Shown: positions 1 to 11,574 of the stretch, one piece after another
Position numbering within the stretch: the first letter of the stretch is position 1
Layout of the letters: each line of letters begins with the position of its first letter
Assembly: GCA_002269645.1 (NCBI GenBank)
Contig: NIVC01002123.1
Location: 138,706-202,705 of the forward strand
Reading direction: 5' to 3'
Source of the DNA: Macrostomum lignano
Taxonomy: Eukaryota
Length of the DNA stretch: 64,000 bases
Notes under the pieces: generated by a model
The model's database searches: none
What the model saw: only the letters and a program-made list of their open reading frames with translations
Told to the model about the DNA's origin: nothing
Translations under genes and position numbers: made by a program

Positions 1-3000
1 GGATCTTTGTGAGTAGCTCCTGACTCAGTTTGCATGAGGATCTTTGAGAGTAGCTCCTGACTGAGTTTGCATGGGGATCTTTGAGAGTAGCTCCTGACTC
101 AGTTTGAGAATCTTTGAGAGTAGCTCCTGACTCAGTTTGCATGAGGATCTTTGTGAGTAGCTCCTGACTCAGTTTGCATGAGGATCTTTGTGAGTAGCTC
201 CTGACTCAGTTTGCATGAGGATCTTTGTGAGTAGCTCCTGACTCAGTTTGCATGAGGATCTTTGTGAGTAGCTCCTGACTCAGTTTGCATGAGGATCTTT
301 GTGAGTAGCTCCTGACTCAGTTTGCATGGGGATCTTTGAGAGTAACTCCTGACTCAGTTTGCATGAGGATCTTTGTGAGTAGCTCCTGACTCAGTTTGCA
401 TGGGGATCTTTGAGAGTAACTCCTGACTCAGTTTGCATGAGGATCTTTGTGAGTAGCTCCTGACTCAGTTTGGGGATCTTTGAGAGTAGCTCCTAAATTC
501 GTTTGGGGATCTTTGACAGTAGCTCCTGACTCACTTTGCATGAAGATCTTTGAAAGTAACTCCTGACTCAGTTTGCATGAGGATCTTTGTGAGTAGCTCT
601 TGACTCAGTTTGCATGGGGATCTTTGTGAGTAACTCCTGACTCAGTTTGCATGGGGATCTTTGAGGGTAGCTCCTGACTCAGTTTGCATGGGGATCTTTG
701 TGAGTAACTCCTGACTCAGTTTGAGGATCTTTAAGAGTAGCTGACTCCTGACTCAGTTTGCATGGGGATCTTTGAAAGTAGCTCCTGACTCAGTTTGCAT
801 GGGGATCTTTGAGAGTAGCTCCTGACTCAGTTTGAGGATCTTTAAGAGTAGCTGACTCCTGACTCAGTTTGCATGGGGATCTTTGAAAGTAGCTCCTGAC
901 TCAGTTTGCATGGGGATCTTTGAGAGTAGCTCCTGACTCAGTTTGAGGATCTTTAAGAGTAGCTGACTCCTGACTCAGTTTGCATGGGGATCTTTGAGAG
1001 TAGCTCCTAAATTAGTTTGGGGATCTTTGTGAGTAGCTCCTGACTCACTTTGCATGAAGATCTTTGAAAGTAACTCCTGACTCAGTTTGCATGAGGATCT
1101 TTGTGAGTAGCTCCTGACTCAGTTTGCATGGGGATCTTTGAGAGTAACTCCTGACTCAGTTTGCATGAGGATCTTTGTGAGTAGCTCCTGACTCAGTTTG
1201 GGGATCTTTGAGAGTAGCTCCTAAATTAGTTTGGGGATCTTTGACAGTAGCTCCTGACTCAGTTTGCATGGGGATCTTTGAAAGTAACTCCTGACTCAGT
1301 TTGCATGAGGATCTTTGTGAGTAGCTCCTGACTCAGTTTGCATGAAGATCTTTGTGAGTAGCTCCTGACTCAGTTTGCATGAAGATCTTTGTGAGTAGCT
1401 CCTGACTCAGTTTGCATGAGGTTGAGAGTAGCTCCTAAATTAGTTTGGGGATCTTTGACAGTAGCTCCTGACTCACTTTGCATGAAGATCTTTGAAAGTA
1501 ACTCCTGACTCAGTTTGCATGGGGATCTTTGAGGGTAGCTCCTAAATTAGTTTGGGGATCTTTGACAGTAGCTCCTGACTCACTTTGCATGAAGATCTTT
1601 GAAAGTAACTCCTGACTCAGTTTGCATGGGGATCTTTGAGGGTAGCTCCTAAATTAGTTTGGGGATCTTTGACAGTAGCTCCTGACTCACTTTGCATGAA
1701 GATCTTTGAAAGTAACTCCTGACTCAGTTTGCATGGGGATCTTTGAGAGTAGCTCCTGACTCAGTTTGCATGGGGATCTTTGAGAGTAGCTCCTGACTCA
1801 GTTTGCATGGGGATCTTTGAGAGTAACTCCTGACTCAGTTTGCATGAGGATCTTTGTGAGTAGCTCCTGACTCAGTTTGCATGGGGATCTTTGTGAGTAG
1901 CTCCTGACTCAGTTTGCATGAGGATCTTTGAGAGTAGCTCCTGACTGAGTTTGCATGGGGATCTTTGAGAGTAGCTCCTGACTCAGTTTGAGAATCTTTG
2001 AGAGTAGCTCCTGACTCAGTTTGCATGAGGATCTTTGTGAGTAGCTCCTGACTCAGTTTGCATGAGGATCTTTGTGAGTAGCTCCTGACTCAGTTTGCAT
2101 GAGGATCTTTGTGAGTAGCTCCTGACTCAGTTTGCATGAGGATCTTTGTGAGTAGCTCCTGATTCAGTTTGCATGAGGATCTTTGTGAGTAGCTCCTGAC
2201 TCAGTTTGCATGGGGATCTTTGAGAGTAACTCCTGACTCAGTTTGCATGAGGATCTTTGTGAGTAGCTCCTGACTCAGTTTGCATGGGGATCTTTGAGAG
2301 TAACTCCTGACTCAGTTTGCATGAGGATCTTTGTGAGTAGCTCCTGACTCAGTTTGGGGATCTTTGAGAGTAGCTCCTAAATTCGTTTGGGGATCTTTGA
2401 CAGTAGCTCCTGACTCACTTTGCATGAAGATCTTTGAAAGTAACTCCTGACTCAGTTTGCATGAGGATCTTTGTGAGTAGCTCTTGACTCAGTTTGCATG
2501 GGGATCTTTGTGAGTAACTCCTGACTCAGTTTGCATGGGGATCTTTGAGGGTAGCTCCTGACTCAGTTTGCATGGGGATCTTTGTGAGTAACTCCTGACT
2601 CAGTTTGAGGATCTTTAAGAGTAGCTGACTCCTGACTCAGTTTGCATGGGGATCTTTGAAAGTAGCTCCTGACTCAGTTTGCATGGGGATCTTTGAGAGT
2701 AGCTCCTGACTCAGTTTGAGGATCTTTAAGAGTAGCTGACTCCTGACTCAGTTTGCATGGGGATCTTTGAAAGTAGCTCCTGACTCAGTTTGCATGGGGA
2801 TCTTTGAGAGTAGCTCCTGACTCAGTTTGAGGATCTTTAAGAGTAGCTGACTCCTGACTCAGTTTGCATGGGGATCTTTGAGAGTAGCTCCTAAATTAGT
2901 TTGGGGATCTTTGTGAGTAGCTCCTGACTCACTTTGCATGAAGATCTTTGAAAGTAACTCCTGACTCAGTTTGCATGAGGATCTTTGTGAGTAGCTCCTG

Positions 3001-3602
3001 ACTCAGTTTGCATGGGGATCTTTGAGAGTAACTCCTGACTCAGTTTGCATGAGGATCTTTGTGAGTAGCTCCTGACTCAGTTTGGGGATCTTTGAGAGTA
3101 GCTCCTAAATTAGTTTGGGGATCTTTGACAGTAGCTCCTGACTCAGTTTGCATGGGGATCTTTGAAAGTAACTCCTGACTCAGTTTGCATGAGGATCTTT
3201 GTGAGTAGCTCCTGACTCAGTTTGCATGGGGATCTTTGTGAGTAACTCCTGACTCAGTTTGCATGGGGATCTTTGTGAGTAACTCCTGACTCAGTTTGCA
3301 TGGGGATCTTTGAGGGTAGCTCCTGACTCAGTTTGCATGGGGATCTTTGAAGGTAGCTCCTGACTGAGTTTGCATGGGGATCTTTGAGAGTAGCTCCTGA
3401 CTCAGTTTGAGGATCTTTAAGAGTAGCTGACTCCTGACTCAGTTTGCATGGGGATCTTTGAAAGTAGCTCCTGACTGAGTTTGCATGGGGATCTTTGAGA
3501 GTAGCTCCTGACTCAGTTTGCATGGGGATCTTTGAGAGTAGCTCCTGACTCAGTTTGAGGATCTTTGAGAGTAGCTCCTGACTCAAGCTGAGGATCTTTG
3601 AG
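1..3602. repeat. 37-bp minisatellite (GGATCTTTGTGAGTAGCTCCTGACTCAGTTTGCATGA) with 32-bp deletion variants; runs off the 5' edge
   Basis: Direct reading of the tandem units; diagnostic variants recur at an offset of 1884 bp. ORFs 1835..2026 and 3254..3586 are repeat artefacts. Confidence 0.97.
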
Positions 3603-4257
3603 CAGCAGCGTGGTGAGACAAAAACAGGATTAGTACATCTGAATTGAAATCGAAACGGGATATGGGAATCTCTGTATTATTTGGCTTAGGTTTAGAAGAG
3701 CAAATCAAAACGTCAGTGTTGTAATTCTGACAAACTTTTGGCACAAAAAATCACAGAAAAGTAATAATGCTGTACTTTAGTGCAGTGAACTGTTGAGGCA
3801 TAATAATGAATGCATTATTGATGATAAAATCAACTTTTTTCCATTATATTTAAAAAGTTGAATGTATTAAAGCTGAATAATTTGCACAATTATTGTCAGA
3901 TACGAATGTATTTTATACAATTTTTATTACGATAGAAAATAGAGGAAGAAAGGAATTCATAGCAGTAGGTATAAGATCGATACAATTCTAATACATAATG
4001 TAATAATACGCATTCACACCAAATGCGAAATGACTAATGAACTTGTTGGCAGCAACTTGTCAATTTGATAAATTATTAATGCAACACGCATTTTCGATAC
4101 TTAATAAACATAGTGACTACGCTTATTAATGGAATGATTACGAACATGATAGCAATGAAATAATAGTAAAAATACCCAAGAAAAAGTACTTACTTGTCCG
4201 CGTCCTGCCTGCTTTGATTCCAGTTAATAAATTGATTTGATATAGCGTTTTCTACCG

Positions 4258-4712
4258 TTGGAGGTTGGAGGCGCCTGGTTGGACATGCGTATGTACATTG
4301 GAGGAAGAGATTGGAGGAATTTGGTTGGGCGTGTGTATGTACATTGGGGGAAGAGGTTTGAGGCAGTTGGTTAGGCGTGTGTATGTACATTGGGGGAAGA
4401 GGTTGGAGGCGCCTGGTTGGACATGCGTATGTACATTGGAGGAAGAGATTGGAGGCAGTTGGTTGGGCGTGTGTATGTACATTGGGGGAAGAGGTTGGAG
4501 ACAGTTGGTTGGGCGTGTGTACGTACATTGGGGGAAGAGGTTGGAGGCAGTTGGTTGGGCGTGTGTATGTCCATTGGGGGAAGAGGTTGGAGGCGCCTGG
4601 TTGGACATGCGTATGTACATTGGAGGAAGAGATTGGAGGCAGTTGGTTGGGCGTGTGTATGTACATTGGGGGAAGAGGTTTGAGGCGCCTGGTTGGACGT
4701 GTGCCTGTACAA
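4258..4712. repeat. 46-bp minisatellite (GGAAGAGGTTGGAGGCAGTTGGTTGGGCGTGTGTATGTACATTGGG), about 10 copies
   Basis: ATGTACATTG recurs at 4291 and 4337 (period 46); open in several frames on both strands. Confidence 0.93.
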
Positions 4713-5146
4713 TAGGGGAAGGGCATGGAGGTGACTGTTAGACATGACAAGCGTCCCACGCCATTTTTTGGGTTAGAATCCAATGCGAATACAAACAGAA
4801 TTTTGTCAAGTGCAGGAATTTTTTAACGCAGTCAAAAATTAAAGTTAGCGACGCCAAAGAGGTAAACAATTAAGACATACAAGGATTACGCAATAAAAGT
4901 TTAGTGCAATTCGGTTTGGCCAACAAAGGCCTGATATGTGGCTTCAGCTATCAAAACCAAGCTCGCTAAAATGAACAGCACGAATTAACAAGTTAATTTA
5001 ATAATTCAGTCGGGAGAGAATCTCATTGGGGCTTTCGCTATTTATTATTGAGCTATATACGAATATACGCTATATACGATTAGTGTCTTTGATTGGCAAA
5101 GACAGGATTAGATCGAGTTTTAGCAGAAGCACAGGCACAGACTGAA

Positions 5147-6604
5147 CTAGTCCTTCGGCTGGCTGCCCGAGGTTATAGGTTCGAGTCCGGCCAGCTCCAG
5201 CTGCAGTTCCCGCTCCCAATCATTGTAAACAATTTCAACGACATCATCACCGACCTCGGCCTCAAGAGCCTCTCTGGACGGCACTCGCTCAAAGCTATCG
5301 CTGCTGCAGGCTGACGAGCATTCAGAGGCCTCGGCAGGCGAATGCGCTCTCGCTTCCCTAGCAACAGTTGCTAGGGCTGGAGTGGATACTGAGAGCTGCG
5401 CGGAGCGGCGGATCACGCTAACCTGAGGTTGGGAAATGTCAACATTGTATCCAAATCTGGGGGCTAGCAGGGGACTCTGGGGGCTAGCAGGGGACTCTGG
5501 GGGGCTAGCAGGGGACTCTGGGGGGCTAGCAGGGGACTCTGGGGGCTAGCAGGGGACTCTGGGGGCTAGCAGGGGACACTGGGGGGGCTAGCAGGGGACA
5601 TTATGGCGGCTAGCAGGAGACACTATGGCGGCTAGCAGGGGAAACTTTGGCGGCTAGCAGGGGACTCTGGGGGCTAGCAGGGGACACTGGGGGCTAGCAG
5701 GGGACACTGGGGGCTAGCAGGGGACACTGGGGGCTAGCAGGGGACACTATGGTGACTAGCAGGGGACTCTGGGGGCTAGCAGGGGACACTGGGGGGCTAG
5801 CAGGGGACACTGGGGGCTAGCAGGGACACTGGGGGGCTAGCAGGGGACACTATGGCGGCTAGCAGGGGAAACTTTGGCGGCTAGCAGGGGACACTGGGGG
5901 CTAGCAGGGGACACTGGGGGCTAGCAGGGGACACTGGGGGCTAGCAGGGGACACTGGGGGCTAGCAGGGGACACTATGGTGACTATCAGGGGACACTGGC
6001 GGCTAGCAGGGGACACTTTGGCGACTAGCAGGGGACTCTGGGGGCTAGCAGGGCACATTGGGGGCTAGCAGGAGACATGGGTAGTGGGTAGCTACAGCAT
6101 CACTTAACAGGCATGAAAGAGGCACAGCCAGCCAGCAGCCAAGACTCAGCTCCATACCCTATAGAAATAATTCCTCCAGAACTGCTCCTCGGCCAGCCGC
6201 CTCGGCACCAGTCTGAATCGCATCTGCCTGAGCGCCGGGTCGGCCTCCAGCGCGGCCATAGCCGATGGCAGTACCGGCTCCAAGCAGAACTCGAAGCCGC
6301 AGCTGGCAGGCGGTGGGCGGAGAAAATTGCGAGGATCCTCAGCCAGCGATAAAATCTGATTGCGCGGACCCGGCTCCAGGCCAGACCAGGGCGGCTCTGC
6401 AGCGGCCGAGGAGGCCAGAGAAGCTTGCTGTTGCTGCTGCCCAGAGTCGGTGACGGCCATGGCAGCAGCGGCAGCGGCAGCCGCAGTAGAAGCCACAGCG
6501 CTGGTGGCCCGCCGGCCCAGACAGTAGAGTGTGGTGCCCCAGCTCTTGGCAGCACTGCCTAGACTGGCTTGGCGTGGACTAGGCGCTGATGCGTCAGCTA
6601 GCAT
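5147..6604 (-). CDS. SYAP1: Synapse-associated protein 1 / Sap47-like BSD-domain protein; complement(join(5147..5422,6158..6604))
   Basis: BSD domain PPWSGL...QILSLAEDPRNFLRPPP...DPALRQMRFRLVPRRLAEEQFWRNYFYR|VSVIRRSAQL and C-terminal DWERELQLEL match the SYAP1 family. Donor AGG|GTATGG at 6158/6157, acceptor CCTCAG|GTT at 5423/5422, phase 0. The start is uncertain (ATG 6604, preceded by a strong acceptor CTCTTCCAG at 6620; alternative ATG 6688). Confidence 0.88.
5457..6078. repeat. About 20-bp G-run minisatellite (CTGGGGGCTAGCAGGGGACA) filling the SYAP1-like intron
   Basis: Tandem units with variable G-run length lie between the two exons. Confidence 0.95.
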
Positions 6605-6899
6605 GGCCAGAGTTGGCGTCTGGAAGAGCTCTGACTGAGTGATCAACAATTGAAAGTAGAGTTCCACTGTAACCAAAAATTTTCCCATAATTTATCCATA
6701 GCTAAATAATGCTACCCAACTACTCAATAAATTTTAATGATCTTATAATATACATCATTACATCATAGTGAAAGAGTAAATAATGACAGCAATAGTTAAA
6801 CTTGTCACACATAAGTTACATAACTGCGACTCATTTATTTATTGTACAAAAATGGCTGGGACTGCATTTATCTTAACTTGAGTCACCAACCACCCCAAC

Positions 6900-8900
6900 C
6901 ACACAATTCACACGTGGCATTGAAATCTGTTGCCTAAGTCCTCAACTTTTAGGACAAGAGAAGAGTTCATCTCATAAAAAGCTTTGAAACTTTCAAAGCA
7001 TTCAGGTAAATATGATATTTACTTGTCTATTACACCTAAGATTTAGGATATTATATATGCAATTGACCTTAAACTCTTTAAGGCAGTGAAGATATTTGTC
7101 ACTTTGTTTCAGTTGGATAGGTCAAATTTAGGTCAATAGACACTTTCTTCCTATTCAACCCTATATCGCTATTCTAGTTATAAAGACTATAGAGTGAAAG
7201 ATTTTATACATACATGTATGTCAATGTCCTCTATTAGTTTAGAAGTGTTGGTGACAGACAAAAAAAACACTTTTCTCTCTATGAAATAATCTGCAAAATT
7301 CCTAAGTTTTCTAAATGTCATGGGTTTCAGAAGACCTTATCTAAATAAACTTTATTCATTGCAAGATTCAGATATGGTCTTGATTCCAAACTGTTAAGTC
7401 TAAACAAGTCTAACTTGGACTCCAAGGATAAGGCCAATTTTGAAGAAGAAAAAATTAAATTATAGAACAATAAAAAGCCTAGAATATTATATTTGAATAT
7501 GATAACAATCAACTACATCCATGTATTAAATTTCTAGGAACAAATGGTTGCAATTCATCTTGGAATCTACCAGATCAAGCTAATAAAAATGCATCTTTTA
7601 TTGAGAAGTTCTTGACAGGCAACAATTTTTAGCATATTTTGGACTAGAAAAATGCGAGAGCTTGGAAAGAGCTTATGAATGTTTAAGAGCCAGATATGTT
7701 ACCCAAGATAGTTTAATAGAAGGACTGTAGCCCAAATGAAATTTGAAAATCTGTGGGTTTTTGTGCCTGCACAATATATAAGGCTAAATAAGAAGCCTGA
7801 ATTGAATATTTACTAGTCAAAATTTTTTCAATCACTTCTCATATTTAAGCCAACCTTCCTACCTTTCTTATAATCAGTTTAAGAATATCATAGGCTTTAT
7901 ACGATTCTATAATTACAATCCCAAGAACCTAGATAATGCAATTTATAAAAATTAACCTTTTTTGCTTATGCTTGCAGCTTAAAACCTTTGTCAAACCAAC
8001 TACATACTTTGCTATCAAGTATCAACATTGGCAAAAGCCTAATACTATATAAAGGCAGTCAGATTTTAAGTAATATATCTTAAAATGGAGTAGATATTAA
8101 GGTATTAAGCTTTACTGCTTTTGTAAATCCAATAGTGGCTATCTATAGAACCTAGCTGTGTATTTTGTATATTAGTTGTCAAAAGAAAACTTAGAAGATT
8201 GGTATCAACCTCAATTGCAATGAGGTTATTATTGAGCTATCTCAAAACTTGCTCAACTTAGGCTATTATACCCTTTTAAATAGCTAGTTTGGCTCAAATT
8301 GCTTAGCCACTAGAGTAGGCCCTAGCATTTTGATAATAGCATGACATATAAAGAAAGCATTAACAAGAATATATACTCAATAGCATAAAAAGGTTGTCAC
8401 TTTACCTTTGAGTGTCTAATAAATTCTAGCTTAGCATTGAATTTGAATGATAAAACTTGTACCACATGACAGAGTTGGGCTAAATAAGAAAAAATTGAAA
8501 AGTAGATAGCAAAGACTAGATATATGGATTAAAGATTCTTTCTAGGCCTAGTTTTTATTTTTTAATCATTAATATAAAAAAAGAATGGCTAGGTGTTAGA
8601 CTCCAGTTGAAAGATATTAGGGCAAAGGATAGCAACTTTTTAATATTATTGAGTATATTCACTTGGCTACATTCTCAATTAAGAAGAGCCCCACCTGCCT
8701 AGGCAGTGAATGAATAGTTGCTAAGTAATATATTGCTAGTTTTTTTTCAACAAATATTATTATTAGTTTATAAAGGCGTAAAGATAAAGGAAATTGCTGA
8801 GAAAAGCAAAAATCACTCTAGCTAAGTTGATAATAAAGACTTGATCATTTAAAGTAGGCTTAGCACTCATCAAATAGTCTCCAAGATATAAAAGCATTTT
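6900..8900 (-). mobile_element. Heavily decayed non-LTR retrotransposon (RT +/- APE endonuclease) remnant
   Basis: Minus-strand fragments in RT motif order: IESYKAYDIL (D..KAFD-like, about 7880-7910), a degenerate PQG..LGP region (about 7720-7760) and KYA (YADD-like, about 7630). GDYL near 8870 may be an APE GDFN relic. Many stops and frameshifts; motif identity is weak. Confidence 0.45.
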
Positions 8901-8920
8901 GATAGTAAGGCAAAGGCAAA

Positions 8921-9425
8921 TAGGGATTGCAATCCTGGGATTCCAAAATCCTAGGATTGGGCCCAAATCCCAGGATTTCCAGTCCTAGGATTTGGGGTAT
9001 GAAATCCCAGGACTAATTTTTGTTATTGTTTTTATAAAAAGTGCTATAGGAGTATAATATGAACATAATTGGGCCCACAACTAGTTTATTATACTGCACT
9101 AATTTCCATTAATTGCCTCATGTCGCATAGCACCTTTTTTAAACCCCGCATTATAGATTTAAATATGAAATTTATTCCTTTATAAATTTTGATATATGAT
9201 TTGCTTCTTTACTACTATTTAGTACTTTTACTTACTTAAATACATCACAAGATAATGGTGTTTTTCATTTACAAAAAGATCATTATCTCTAGTACAATCA
9301 AAAATGGAAGCAAAAATATATTTAGTGCATATTTTGCCTTGTAATTTCAACCCAAAAGCTTAAAAATCTGTATTTTTCAGATCCTAATCCTAGGATCACA
9401 AAAAACTGGTATTTTGCGATCCCAA
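8921..9425. mobile_element. MITE-like element with imperfect TIR (TAGGGATTGCAA / TTGCGATCCCAA) and subterminal ATCCCGGGAT-derived repeats
   Basis: Inverted ends at 8921 and about 9414-9425; clusters of ATCCTGGGAT, ATCCCAGGAT and ATCCTAGGAT near both ends. Confidence 0.55.
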
Positions 9426-10003
9426 AGGCAAATATAGGCCTAAGCTAAGGCCTAATCAAGAGAACATCAATAAAAAAGAAAAATAGAAAGTACATAAAGA
9501 ATATAAGGAACAATCAAATTGATATAACATGGAACTGGAAGCATACATATAAGATGCTTACTATCAGTAGCGCAACCATAAATTTTTTGAGGGGGGGGGC
9601 AGATTCTGGAGGGTAAAGTCCCAGGAGGGGAGGCAAAAAGGTGGCTTTGTTTTTGGCAAAAAATTGCTTGGCCTATCTATTTTTTGGGTCTTTGCCTAAG
9701 GCGGGGGGACTGCCATTTATTAAATTTATTAAATTTATTAAATTTTCCAAGAAACGAAGTGTTTTCAATTGGACAAGACTATGTTGTTTTATTTTTTAAA
9801 GCAACAAAAAAGTAAAATAAATTAAGGCTAGGTCTATGAAAGTTTTTGATAATTTAAATAGAAAAACGCTATAAATTAGTTAGATAATTTGATTTAATAC
9901 TAAGAAATTCGCGCAAAAATGACTACAGAATTTCCTTAGAATTGCGCCGTTACAGTATTATTTTTTTATGCATAAAAGAATACACTGAATTTCGAAATAT
10001 AAG

Positions 10004-11107
10004 CAGTGTTGGGCAAGTTACTTAAAAAAAGTAACTTGCGTTACTGTAACTTAAGTTACCAATTTTTAAAAAGTAACTTACGTTAGCCTAGTAACTTTAG
10101 ACAAAAACCTGGTAACTTTTAAGTTACTGTCCGTTACTCACTTCCGTTACCCATGTTATTAACAAAATTTTCTGCTTTTTTCACATTGCACATTTTTTCA
10201 CATTGTTGTTACCGAAATTTGCCATTGGGCATTGGGATTAACCGATTAACAGACAGAGACAGGAATTGGCGACACGATGTGAGGCAAATAGAAGGACCAA
10301 TGGGCAATGGCAATCAATAATTAAAATTATAAATGATAAAACAAACGAATATCAATAATTCAATAGAGTAAAATAAATAGAACTGTATAAAATGGTGTAG
10401 TGTACTGCAGTGCCAGTGGAGGGACTTGTGGAGGCTACAGATGAATTTCTTTCTTTGGTTGTTTGTTTGAATCAAACTTGAAAATTTTTAGTAACGAAAA
10501 TGGGCCTTTTCATATAGCTAGTTCTGGTTCCAGAATCAGAACCAATTTGTGAAGTATAACTTTTTGTCTCCATAACTAGAGGGAGATACGTGCTATAAAG
10601 TTTTTATTATTGAATGAAAATCGCTAAGAAGAAAGTGAAAAATTGTGCTATGTGAGGTTGTTAAGGCAGTCAAACATTCAACAGAATTAAATAGTTATAC
10701 TGCTGTTTTTCTTGGAAGATCCGAACCGATTCTGATTCTGGAATTGGTAATATGAAAAGCCTCAATGAAAGGCGAAAATATTTTACCAATATTAACAAAG
10801 TAATACATGTTTCAAGTATTTCTTCATTAATTAAACGCAATACCATATGATACTATTCACTTAATTTTGAATTTATGAATGAAAAATGCAAAAACATGTG
10901 ACAACCGGCGTACTAGCTAAGCATTTCAGTTTTTAATTTAAATATTGCGATTGTTGCAAAGTAACTGTAACGGACTTCCGAAATTTGAGTAACTTACCGT
11001 TACTCCGTTACTAAAATAAAAAAGTAACTTGCGTAAGGAACGCTTTACGAAAAAGTAACTTGCGTTACCATTTGCAAGTTACTCGGTAACGGAAGTGCCC
11101 AACACTG
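10004..11107. mobile_element. Non-autonomous hAT-type DNA transposon, 1104 bp
   Basis: Perfect 12-bp TIR CAGTGTTGGGCA...TGCCCAACACTG; perfect 8-bp TSD AATATAAG at 9996-10003 and 11108-11115; dense GTAAC/GTTAC subterminal motifs; no ORF. Confidence 0.92.
10502..10763. mobile_element. Small MITE nested inside the hAT element
   Basis: GGGCCTTTTCATAT...CCAGAATCAGAACC at the left is inverted at the right as ...TTCTGATTCTGGAA...ATATGAAAAGCCTC. Confidence 0.6.
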
Positions 11108-11574
11108 AATATAAGTATCCGAATATCCGATTAAAAGCGGTTATTTTTTTATTTTTAGCTCTATGTGTTCATACATTTTTGTCTATTTTTTTTTCATAAT
11201 GATGTAAGGATTTTCCTTTTTTAATAAAATATTTCTCTTTCTCTTTCTATGTCATACACTTGCCCAGAAATTGAGACTCAGAGACAGAGTAATATAATAG
11301 TAATAGCTAGCTCAAAATTTAAGTAAATTTCTTTTTGGCAGCTTTCTCTTTGTTATATTGGATAGCCTGAAACAATTAAAATAACTAGCCTGTACGCTAG
11401 TTTTGTATTTTTCTAAGTTCAAGTGTACTTAGTTATGTTCTTTGGGTCTCCAATTAGCAATGATTAATTGAAAATCTTCTGAAGTATGTTTTTTACTGTA
11501 GTGTTAAAAAATTCTCAAATATCCTTTTCAGCCGCAACATTATATTCAGAAAAAACATTATAGTTTACATAGAC

